A stretch of 64,000 nucleotides of DNA from Tubiluchus corallicola (lineage: Eukaryota > Animalia > Priapulida): NCBI GenBank assembly GCA_030141605.1, contig JAQGDQ010000443.1, positions 1 to 64,000 on the forward strand, in the 5' to 3' direction. Below, in pieces: positions 51,755 through 64,000 of the stretch; the stretch's first letter is position 1; each line of letters opens with the position of its first letter. A model generated the notes under the pieces. It had not been told where the DNA came from. It did no database searches and was given only the letters and a program-made list of their open reading frames with translations. Position numbers and translations under genes: made by a program.

Positions 51755-52127
51755 GACGAGAAGTCAATTTTCAAGCTCTTTTCTCTGTAGCCACTAGCAT
51801 CACTTTAAAACAGCCCTTTGACAACAACCTAGAATAAAATAAAAAAAATATTACATAGTGTACAAATAAATTTTGCGTACTTGCTTTACTTGTGTGCAAG
51901 AAAAAATTGAATGTGCTTGTGTAGAGAGTTTTGCTAAACGCGAACATATTAAAATCATTATGCCCGTTGGCAAATGGGCCCCCTTGGAAATTAAACAGTA
52001 TGTTAATATATACATTAATTTTACAGTTGCAGCAAAATTCATTTAATGAAAACGTTTCATAAAAATAATATGATATGTACAAGTTGTTTGAAGGAAATGT
52101 TCTTCGTAAAGAGTAAATTAACAAATG

Positions 52128-52205
52128 ATGTATATATATATATATATATTAATCTACTATATATATATATATATATATATTAATGTATGTATGTATGTAT
52201 GTATG
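52128..52205. repeat. Compound (TA)n/(TATG)n microsatellite
   Basis: Directly visible. Confidence 0.9.
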
Positions 52206-55200
52206 AAAATGTGGTACTGACTGCAATGCCGTGATTTTCAAAAGAAAACGTAGCACCTCGTTTAATTTGACAGCAAGAAGTCTTCAATGAAATATTGAAA
52301 TTGATTTACAGATATTTTGGACTTTATTTATAGTTTGATTAAAATTTTTCAAAATAACAGTATTCCATTGGTGTAAGAACTCATTGTTCTTCCAACTCAT
52401 TTTTTGGCTTTGTACACCTTAATCATCTCGATGAAGAAGAATTAATAAAATTTCTTTAGTCAACCTTTTTGATTAACAAAGCTCAGAATATTTAGAAAAA
52501 CTGTGATTTAATCGGAGAAATTCTGTTATTAGATAGAAATAAATACTATTAATTCTTCTTTAGTCTTTGATCGAGATGATTATGACCTGACATCGTTTGT
52601 TGAAATAAACAATGTAAACAATAATAAAAACGTCACACTGCAGCTTAAAAATGAGAAATGGATTATAAGTCATGGCTAAGATGAAGATGAAGATTATTAT
52701 TATTATTAATATTCCGAATTGAATTCTTTGTTTTGATTACAGCAAAACGAACAAATAAAAACAAGAATCACAACAATAATAACAACAACAACAACAACAA
52801 ATAGTTACGCAATTTAGCTACAATACAGAACTATCAAAAACAAGTAAACCCAACGTAATGAGTGAGATTACCAAATAAAATAATTTTAAATGAGACCCTA
52901 ATTTTAAAAAGTGTCAGATTGATTATAGCTTTGATGATGCACAGGATTCACAGAAAAGTCTTTAACAACAGAAAGGATCTCATAATTAACACAAAATGAA
53001 AGAGAAAATATGTCATAAGTGGCATTGACAAATTTTATTAGTACACGTTAAAGTTACTGTAAAATTAAAGTTCCTAAGGTTGCAAGAGATTATTTACAGT
53101 TTACAGTAATTACAAACTCAGTAACTACAGTAACTTACATTGAACATCTACTATACAAAAGCACAACGTACAAAAAACGTTTAAAGGGTAGTATAACCTA
53201 AATTTACTATAGGAGATTGGAACCAAAGTATCCGTAGCTGCAAATTTGACCAGACGTTAGCTTAACTGACACGTTTTTATACACAAAATGCATGATCAGT
53301 TTGTGAATGCATAATTCTGAGAATTTAAATGCATAACTTAATAATTTATTTAGACACAGCCAGCTACTACATGCACCGTTCGTTTCGCACGCACCACATG
53401 TTTTCACCTCGCCTAATATGGTAACTAGATGCACAGCAAGAAGACGGTTGCATAGTATTCATTCTTCCGTCTCATGAGAAATACTGTAAGCATCGAATTA
53501 TCAAATATGGCAGAAAATAAGTGGAAAGTATTCGCCCAACCAGTTTTTAATGGCTGTTGCAACTTACTTAATGTAGGAATCATTCTCTTGAAAGAAGCGA
53601 TTTCTCAGTTATAATAGCTGCCAGTGTGAAAACTGGAAGTAGTTACAGCATATATTATTTGCACACATCCAGGTTTCTTGAATACACCTAAATCCCTGGA
53701 GAGGCTTAACCCTAAAACCGTTATTAACGTTACAATTACTGAGGTAGTGAATCCTACAAATGACAACAACCAGTACGAAATAAATTATAAATGACGAAAC
53801 ACTGTGCTAAAATTTTACAGCTACAGTATAGCATTTTTTTGATGTCATAGAGTGTTAGGATTACTCGTAGAGCCTAGATGTAACTAAGCATCCTCAGTTT
53901 GCTATTGGACTGCGCTTTCGTAGGGCCAATTCCTGCAAAACATGTAATTATTTGTATCTCAAACGCTTACCAAAATTAAACACCGCCTGTTTTGGACAAT
54001 TTATGCGTAACTGCAAAAATTCCGCGTCAGTCAGTCTTTATTACTTATTGAGTCCATAAGGTGGCATTAAAAACTTCTTTTTTAAGTGCGATAAAAGCAG
54101 CTAGATATGGTAAGAACAACAATTATGACAAATGTCGTGTAGATAAAAGTGGGGGAGATTGTGTGGACTTAATGCAGCGACTGGTCATGCCAAAAACTTT
54201 AAATAAAAATGGTACTCGATGCTGTACTGTTGGCGCTTTGTACCTTGGTCTTTACAGTAGGAGCGATAGCAAACAGTAAAAGTAGGTATGTGTTGCCTAT
54301 TGAAGCCAATTTTATAACTATAAAGATTATTATGAAATATCATTTTTATTCATATCAGTATTTTTAACCCAAAATTTTTTTAAAAAAAATTGATGGAAGG
54401 GAATCTGGAAAAATGAAGTTAATTTCCATTTTTCAGAAAGATATTACAAAGTATCTTGACTAATGCAAGCGAAACAGCAACATTTTCATAGTTCTATTAT
54501 GCTTTAGGGTGATGTGCATACTTGACATCTGATGTAGCAAAAATGTTATTCCTGTCTCAACCCCTAAATATTTCACGGATTCTATATTAGATTCCGCCGG
54601 TTTCTGCTGCACGAAACATACAAACATTACACTAAAAATTACGTATCTATAAGCAATAACATTGATGCTAAACTGTTTTTATAGCAAGCTTGGCTGGGAA
54701 AAATTAGTTGTAGGCGTGTTGTGAATCTGATTTATGTTTAATCTTAGCTTACCTTAATACCAGTATTGATTGGCAGTTGAAAGTTTGAAGTCTCGCCAAG
54801 CGAACTGGTCGACGCATTTGATCTTTCAGCTTGAATTATTAGAAAAATTATTACTTAAAACAACTACTCTCGTTAAATATGATGCTGTTGCAAAATCTAT
54901 TTGTACAAAACAAGAAGGCGAAGAAGACGCATTTGTCGGACTATGAATTATAAATGCCTACGTGATGAACATTTTGCCGTGTAGCTTCGAACGAAGCGGA
55001 ATGCAAGCAGTCAAATTTGCAAAAAACATGAAATTGCTGTTCTGCATTTCCGTTTTATTTGCATTTGTTGAATTATTTAGAAAAAATATATAGCCGAAAC
55101 ATTATACGATAAATAATTTGAAGATAGAATTGGCTTTCAGGTGAACGAAGTCATTCAAAATGAGAATAAAGTGTCTAAGCTTAAGTGAAAGTTAAGAAAC

Positions 55201-56499
55201 AATACATAAACATAATATTTCGGCTCCCATAACGGAAGTCATCTTCAAATGTTGGTAACAGTATCGTTAAAGATTTAGGACACTTTCTCTTCTATTCTGT
55301 TATGTGTTCTATTTCTTCCAGCGATCTTGTTTTTACCACTTGATGCTGACTGTTATGTGAGTCAAAAATTTGTGTTTTTAAAGATACGAATTACATCTCT
55401 TGCGCTATTTAGAAGCGGCAGTTGGTCTTTTAATTGAAACATAAATCAAATTTCCTATTAACTTTACTCATATTGGGTTTAAAGGATATTTTTTGTATGG
55501 TTTTTTAAACATTAGGGATTCCCATCGCATAACCATCTTCTGGCGAGTGATGACCCATGATGATTTCTCTTGAGGATTTTCATTCCCCTGGAAAACTTCA
55601 GATTCCTATCCCTACGGACAGCCCTGAAGATTGCAGATACAATTTCGCTGTTTTCATATACAAATCACACTCAAGGCTTCAATTAGCAGAATGTTTCTCG
55701 AACACTGATTTAACACCAGCAAGTGAAGAGGCATTATCGTGCTAGACGAAAAACTTTCACGAATTATTACGGATTTTATGACCGCATGGAGGTTATGTAA
55801 TCTCGTTAATCCGCAAACCTATTAAATAATGGAAATGACTGTTTGCCACGGTTCAGAAATTAGAGCGAAAATGCATAAAACACAATAAGTTTATTATTAG
55901 TTACTGCAATAATCTGAGATAGAAACAAAATGATTTTGTAAAATACGTAACATCGACTAATACGTGGAGGTTTTTACGCTGCGACAATTGGCGCTCTCAA
56001 AAATCATCAGATACTGTAGCTCTCACCACTTAGGAAAAATTGGTCAGCCAAAACCTGGCTCATCCAATAACCAATTATAGATAACCAGTCAATAAGCAAT
56101 CTGGATCTATATTTCAGAATGATAACTCTGCTTGAATCACCTCATCACTTGTAGCGTTTAACCAACACTGTATGGCAAGTGATCTTTGGTGTTACCGTCC
56201 ACGGGTTGAGTAGCTTAACTGCGTTGGGGGGTTATAACGCTAAACACTATGATTAAAATGACATTTTAAATAAAAACAATAGCTTACTGATAAAGGCTGT
56301 AAAACCAAATGATCCGCCGTTCAACAAAAGTACATTTAAAAACGACATTTCTAGCTTTAGCGAAAGAAAGCAAAGTCGACGTGATTATTACTTAACAAGA
56401 GAGTTTATAAAACAGGGGGTGACTAAAGAGGATGAACTATAGGATTTGGATTGCCCTACTAAATGGCTTTCAGTTTGCGTGGATTCACGATTTTGAAAA

Positions 56500-57500
56500 C
56501 GCTGACTGATGTAGCTGGTCCACGAGCTTAGAAGTCTGCGATCATTATGTTTGAAGATTATGTTAATGAACGAAAAGAGATATGAAGTTCACAAAAACTC
56601 AGAACCATTGTGATCGCTCTGCTGTCTGATATTTCCAGGGATTGATTTCTGAAATCTGGGGATCTGATGCAATTAAAACTAATTACAACTCCCACAAATT
56701 TGGCAACGTCCCAAGCAAAGTGTTCATATCAAATTATGTAGACTCCTGTTTAATGCTAATAAGAAATCGAGTGCTGAACATGAGCTGCACTACTCCGTTA
56801 CCCTATCTTTATCAAAATAGCAAAAAGCATTCTTAATTACTGGTTACATGTTTGAGTTAACCCGTACACGGCGTAGACAGTTTTGTTTATCAATCATACA
56901 AAGGAAATAAGCTTATGGCCAGCAATATGCACTGTTGGACAAGCTTTGTAAAAGAATATTACACACAAATATGGTAATATTTGGGAAAATCAGGGTACTT
57001 TCTCTCGTAAATGATTTCTTAAGAAATTGGATAAAAGAATAAAGAATGAGTATGTACAATGCTGCAAAATGTAATCTATGACGGTAACAAAATTGATGGA
57101 CAAAATAAATGACGAACGTGTAGAAACTTTTAAAACACACTATCAGTTAGAGAACTATTTGCTTTTCGGTTTCAGTAAATACATCAAAGCTAAATACATC
57201 AAATTTAGAATTGGCTACCATTCGCTGAACATTGAAAAGGTAAGATATCATAAACTGAGTAAAAATCTTATATATAGTCGAATCTGTACATTTTGTAATA
57301 CTAATGAAATTAAATATGAAGTACACTTTATAACTAGATGCCTTATTGTAATGACTTGAGAGTCATATTTTTATAACAATGTAGTATCAGTTGTACCAGC
57401 AGAATTTAGAGAATGTAATGATAATGATAAATTTGATTTTTTCACGAGTAGCAATGATTAATAGACATTGTAAAACTGACTATAAATTTTGTCCAACAGT
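56500..57500 (+). mobile_element. Decayed non-LTR retrotransposon 3' end with a C-terminal CCHC-type finger
   Basis: KFRIGYHSLNIEKVRY...RICTFCNTNEIKYEVHFITRC matches the RxxxHxLxIExGRY..RxCxxC..EDExHFxxxC tail of L2/Crack/RTE-X-type LINE ORF2; upstream ..SEIWG.. remnant. Confidence 0.75.
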
Positions 57501-60500
57501 ATTCCATAGACGTGACACTGGATAAGGAATGCCATATATTCCTATTAGCTAAATATTATTTGAGTCTCTGTTTTTAATTACTCATGTACTAATACCGCGA
57601 AAAAACAACTAACTATGAAACCATAATACGCCTGCATTATAACTGTTGTCATAGAACTGTTTATTTTTTAAATATTTGCTGCTTTTGTTTGTTGTTTATG
57701 TGTAGTTTGAAATATGTACATTTAGTGTCAGTATCTTTCATTGTTGAAACTGCAACCATTTTGTAAACTATTGTATATGCATTTGTCCGAGCCGAGGGCA
57801 CTAATAAATGAAATGTGAAATACGAAATATCTAGAAAAGCAAAACAGGCTTACAAAGTTCGTTTGAAATTTTCCGTGTAAAGAAAATAACTTTTTTTGTA
57901 CAAGATAAGACTAGATTTGATAAATTATCAAGCTTCGCTTAAACCAGTGAACCATGCAACACTTTCGATTTCGACCATACAGCCTCATAGAAGAATCTCT
58001 GGTTTGTTTGTCTGTTGTTGGGAATAAAGAGAATTTCTATCAAAGAATGGAATTTCAAGGAATATGATTATTTCAACTAAAACTTAATTTTAGTGGAAGT
58101 ATTGTTACTCGTTCTTTATTTTAATTCTTGTAAAAATATGCGAGCAACATGCATATTTGCCCAAAGCCAAGCGTTTTGAGCGCTCCTGTAGTGGGCCGCA
58201 ACATTTTCTTCCGAAAGTCAATTGAGCCGTGGTCCGTGGGCCAAAAATGCTTGACATCCATTTGTTTAAGCACAGTCCAACACCAACTTAACGAGGAGTG
58301 TCGAGTTTTGGAAAACTGATGCTAACAGATTCTCGAACAAATTTAGAGCAATTTTAGGACAAAAGCACTTTAATGGTCTTGAATAACAAGGTTTTTTTGC
58401 CTAACAAACATCAAGTAAAATGACTACAGTGCGACCAATCTCTTCGGTTAAAGGTAAAAAAGGCGATAAATAAAGGTGTTGTACTGTAAGTGTCAAATAG
58501 CTTTTGGACTAAGAGTATACTCAATATACCTATGTACGCAGTTATGCGAGAACTTACTAAATATTTTATCAAAAATTATGAACGTTTCGTTAATACAGTT
58601 GCTTTCCTCAGCAAGTCTTATTAAAGTAAAATTTTGGCGATAAGAAGAGATGGTAAATTGAATCTAAAACATCACTAGCATAATGAAAATACCATTACAT
58701 TAAACAAACCCTCTAGTAATAGCGCTACAGTAATGCCAAAATTTGTGGGAATTATTCTGCTAGTGGTGTGTTAGATTTAATTAATCTTCTCTTGCTGTTG
58801 TTGAAATTTCATTTCAATGGCGATGTTAACAATGTTGATGTAACGTTCATAAACTGTAGCAAAATTGGCTAACAGCGCAATAATGCCAGCTTCGTTTATT
58901 AATTTGTTAAAATTGTTTACAGAATAGGTTTCGAGCATTAAAACTGACGATAGTGTAACCATTTTCAAACTATATTGTAACGTATGCCTGCCCTAAAGCT
59001 CAGTAATCAACGTAATTATTATTGTTACTTTCCCGTTTTTCAGCACAATTTTTTAAGCGTGCGAACACCAACGCAATTGTGCAGAGAGTAAAATGTAATA
59101 AATGAAACCCATAGCAACCTGCTGTATTGAAATCAAAGTAAATAGTGGAAATTGAAAAGAGTTCTCTCCCATATTGCGGCTATGCAAACGAAACGGAAAC
59201 CCCATCCCGTCGAGTTGCTTTCAAAATCTCATCCCATCAAGCAATCTCACTTTCGTCTCACGTGGTGTAACAAGCAACCCAGGGGTCAGCGGGAATCACC
59301 GTACACAGGGTCTCTCATTTTTTATAAAAACTTGAAAACTGCTAAATATAAAACAAAAAAACTTCAATCTTTCCAAAATAAGACTTAATTGTTTTGTTTG
59401 GTTGTCCTGAACGTGTGTAACTCTTTATCTGCTAACATAACGTGGTATATACCAATCAGCATAGAGTATCTGTTTGTTTAGCATTCATTTCAGCACTCCT
59501 GTATTCGTCTCGGTGGTTGATCAATTGCGTCAAGCACACTTCGGATTTAATTGCATGATGAGTGAAACCACTAGAGGCGCATGCAGCAAAATATGGCGCC
59601 AATTTTAATTAGCTTTCGTCAAAAAGGATATTACGCTTTAAAAAAGTACGTAATTTTTTGATATCTTATCTAAAATGTATCCATTATCTTCTACGTAGTG
59701 ACAGTGAGACCTTCTTTAACTATTTATAACTATTTAATCAGCTTAATTACTGTCACATCCCTGGGAGTACTACATGTACACTTTTTTGCCCAAAGTTGGC
59801 GTTGGATTGATACTGCCTGAAGGCACAAAGCTGATCTTCATAACTTAAGAATAAAGAATAACTTAAAATAATAATAATAATTTCATAAGTTCAACCCCGA
59901 CACCTATACTTTTTAATGTAATATCTCGACACTTGTGGAAAACATCCATCAGTTTGAATTATAAATTAGAGTTAGTCAGTCGAGTGTTTAGCGCACGATG
60001 TTTTATTTGTGCGATTGCCAAATATTTTAAAATGTTTTGGCATTTTCGACAAAATTAATGCGTCTCGTAAATTAGTTCTTTCATCTTTGAAAAACTAACG
60101 CTGTTGCTTATAACGCCTGTTGTAATTTTATTAAAAGTTTTGTTTCCATTACAAAAATTTTTGCATCCATTTTTACATACGTATCCCGGCTTATAGCCGA
60201 TTTTATTTCTTCTTATAAAATTAAAGTTTTCTTATTTAACGATTTCATTTTTTGCGGTGCACATGTATTACCAATTTGCGAGTAATAGTTACTTGCATTC
60301 TTGAACTTTAGTCCAATATTCATCCAAATCAAGATACCTGAAAAGTTGTGGCATAGATAATGCCACCATATGATTTTTATTACCAGTTTAATCACAAAAG
60401 TTTTAGAAAATGGTCGTTTACATATCTTATAGTTAACATGACGTAAATACAAGTGCCCGTCTCCAGGGTTAATAGCTAATAATGCATTTAGTTTTCCTTT

Positions 60501-61671
60501 TGATTTATAACAGCTTTAATTTTTTTCCTGTTTTTTTCACGGATTTTTGTCCTGTCCTGAATCTCCATGTCTCGCCCGGTTGTCCCTATTGATTGGTGGT
60601 CTAACGAAGGACCGTTGATGTTATTACGATAAAGTGGGCAATTTGCTCGGCTGAGCGGAAGCGGCAACATGCAAATCGGCTTCCTGCTAGGTGTCACATG
60701 GTGCTAAAATGAAGCCACCTCGCTGTCTGAATTTGCATGTAGCGGAAAACTTGGCAGTGATTGTGCAAGGCTACACGCTTTGACCTTGTTGCTACTGCGG
60801 GAGTCTTTCTTTTGATACTTTCATGTTGAAATAAATGACGCTGATACTAAATAAATTAATATAGAAAGAAATAAGCTTCTATCTTTCAATGAAATGGTTC
60901 AATCCAAAGTATTTGTAGATTAAAATTTTTAACTTTATTAATTATATTTCAATGTATTGTATTCTTGGTAAATCTGCTGTCAGTTTGTGTAGTATACAAT
61001 AATCATTTTCATTGTAAACGTTTTCTAAAAGAATAGTGCATAACGATTTTTGTGGTGAGGATGTTCTATCACGTTGACGATCTCGGTGTCTCACTATAAT
61101 ATTATGAAATAGACTGCTATTATTATAATTATTATAATTATTGAACTCACATTACGCAACACCTTATTTAATTGCGTAGTTTAAGCTCCAAAAAGATCTT
61201 TCAGCAACTAAACAAAACAAGACATTACGTAATTTCTCTGTAACAACAGTTTCCTGGTTGCAAACAAGCTTTCTGGTTTAGAGTTACAGATTTGACTGTG
61301 TGTAATAACATGTACATTGTGGTACTTTATAAAACAGGTGCTCCCCCGAAGCACCTATGGAGTGAGTCGAAACAATAAGCAAATGGTTGATGATAAGAAA
61401 AAACATCTGGTTTTTAATCAAAGGTTCAGAAATCTTTAATTAGTCTAAAGAGGTCAAAGTGAGCATTACTAAAAGTCGTATTTTTCGTTCTTTGAATTGT
61501 TTTGTTTAGATTAAGTGTTCAATTTTGTCTGGCAGACCCGTATACAGTTTTGTAAATTAAAATTCTTCGCACTTGCAATGAAGCCTGCTTAATTACTGCG
61601 TCCTTTTCGGTACATTAACTACGTTATGAAACTGTTAAGTTATGCAAAATTAAAGAGTAGAACTACCATCT

Positions 61672-61837
61672 TCATCTACCTATCTGTCTGTCCAACTGTC
61701 TGCATGATTGTCTGTCTGTCTGTCTGTCTGCCTGTCTATTTATCTGTCTGGTTATTTATCTGTAGTATATCTGGTTGTCTGTCAATTGTCTGTCTGTCCA
61801 CCTGTCTGACTGTCCGTCTGTTTCCCCGTATGTCTGC

Positions 61838-61892
<55 letters not shown>

Positions 61893-61945
61893 CCTACCTA
61901 CCTACCTACCTACCTACCTACCTACCTACCTACCTACCTACCTAC

Positions 61946-61980
<35 letters not shown>

Positions 61981-61988
61981 CCTATCTA
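61672..61988. repeat. Compound tetranucleotide microsatellite (GTCT)n/(ATCT)n/(ACCT)n
   Basis: Directly visible; source of the SIYL/PTYL pseudo-ORFs. Confidence 0.95.
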
Positions 61989-64000
61989 AATAATATTTGA
62001 CATTCTGCAATAAAAAAATCTTTATCAAATACCTGATCTTTCAGTTACACACCAGTAGCAAATGGAATGTTAAATTTGAAGCAGCTTTACAAATGTGAAT
62101 AACAAATGACCAAAACAAGTACAGAAACATTTCAAAATCTAGAATTAAACCCTTAACATTGATTCAAAGCAAAACATTCAAGTGTTATTATTATAAAGCA
62201 AATTCAACAATGCGCCCTTTTTAGCATGTTTTACTCAATCAAAATCTGCGCTTTTGGATATAAATGTATACTCATTTTAAAATTAAGTAATTATTATTGT
62301 TAATCAGAAATTGCCTGTGATTTGCTTCTCTATCATGGTTGGCCAATGCTTTGCATTTGGAATTTGACTTCACGCTTGTTTTAATCTCAACTTTATATAA
62401 AAATTTATAGAACGTTTCTAAGAAGCACTTCTGCATAATCTTTTACAAACATTTGTATCCTACACTGTTTTTGTTTTGAACTTTTCTATTGTCACTCTTC
62501 CTAAAGTAATTTCTCTAACTGTGTCCTTTTACATTTTTCTCTTTTGACACTTTTGAACCAGTGTTATGTGTTGAAATTATAATTTTGTAAACTTGTGTTT
62601 TGCGTATTCGCGAATGACACTGAGAGACTTGATGCTGGGTCCTCGCCACCAGAGGTTTGATTAACCGCCTCATTGGTCGATTTGTTGTCTCGTATTTCGG
62701 ATGCCAAGTGGTGAACGAAAACGATAACGAAAAACAGACAGAAAAGGATTTGTCAAAATAAATCGCCACTAAACTTGTCCTATGTATTTCGTACTGGTTG
62801 TGTCTACGGAACAGCTGCCGTGAAGACAATTCCATATCAGCAGTTTTATACCTGGTATGCAATGGCTTCGTAATGGATCGAACCATCAAAATATAGGGGT
62901 AGGGGTGAAAATAAATGACGTTTTGCCGCCGTTACAATACTATTACATCACTTTCGTACTACATTTATATAAATTGGTTTGACCGCAGTTGTTGAACTTT
63001 TCATCCGCAAGAGTTAAATCTAGATGAACTCACTCACACGCAGATTTTTTTCATTTCATTATGTTAGACATCCAGTTTTGCACTGTTTAATTCATGCTAA
63101 CTTGCAATCGCAGATGTGTTCCTGGGCTATTGAAAAGTTGTGATTCTTTTACAGCTCTATATAGGAGCCAAAATGCGTAACAACGAATAGCTCTAAAACC
63201 GTAGCAAGTAGAGTCACGAAACTTGCACGGGAGACTGCTGGATTACGGGCTCTAACATTTGTGACCTTACGCCTCTATGCCGTCCAGAAAGTAGAGAACG
63301 TTACTATGCACCACGTGCTTCACAGCAAAACAAAGCAAGACGTATGAAGGACGCTAAACTTTTTGGTTAGCTTATCAATAATCTAATATGACTCTCTTCA
63401 AAGTTTGTTATATTACATCCTATAATTGCCTTCATTACTGATTAATACATAAAGTGGCTACCTACAATAGAGTCAAACATTGAAAATGGCATTATGAAAT
63501 ATTTATATAGGACAGTGAGGATGTAGACGATTCTATGACTCTATGCAAAATTTAGTGAAAGTTGAGAATAAATTATTCTGACAATGATTTGCCTTATACA
63601 ATATTACAATGATGATATCCAATAGCATTACTGATGTTACGAATCATTATTTGCAACAAAATAATGTAGCCTGGAATTACGCTGAAACACTGCGCTTACA
63701 CTAGACAGTAATCAAAATAATTGAATTAGTTTCTAACTATAATCTCATAGTTATCAGCCATTGTGTAGCTTTAAAAATTCCAAAAAGTGAATTTGAGCAG
63801 GTAATTATTGTCGAAGCTAAAAACCGCCTGATTTAGTCAATAGATCAAACGAAGTAAACTGCCTATGCAGTTAAAGAGAACGTACAGAGGTCACTTTCAA
63901 CCTACAATGAACTTCAGCTAATAAAAGATTTACCAGGACTTGAATGTCTTCTGTTACCACTAATGCAGCAATCGGTGAAAGCGCTATAGCTTGTTCTCTT

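Noticed and set aside
61626-62000. ORFs with SIYL/PTYL repeats
   Set aside because: Translation of a tetranucleotide microsatellite.

Overview
AT-rich, intron-containing animal DNA. It is most likely a protostome, possibly a lophotrochozoan, because the muscarinic receptor here is of the protostome B type. Four protein-coding genes can be reconstructed by hand: (1) a 7-exon SLC34/NaPi-II sodium-phosphate cotransporter (minus, 17532-27888); (2) a NIPSNAP-family gene (plus, 32800-37316, first exon unresolved, one GC-AG intron); (3) a 5-exon gene almost invisible in the ORF track (minus, 39659-43549) encoding a ~229-aa secreted, predicted four-helix protein; (4) a muscarinic acetylcholine receptor with an intronless CDS (minus, 49748-51754). 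Gene 3 has the intron phases (1,0,0,0) and motif echoes of IL-6/G-CSF-type long-chain helical cytokines, an AP-1/kB/CRE motif cluster upstream and AU-rich elements in its 3' UTR. It is the main candidate for an undescribed system, an invertebrate IL-6/G-CSF-like JAK/STAT ligand, but this is inference awaiting structure prediction and RNA-seq. The rest is MITEs, Harbinger- and Kolobok-like elements, decayed LINEs and microsatellites, plus a 1.4-kb fold-back at the window start that may be an assembly artefact. All exon coordinates were read by eye and no searches were run.
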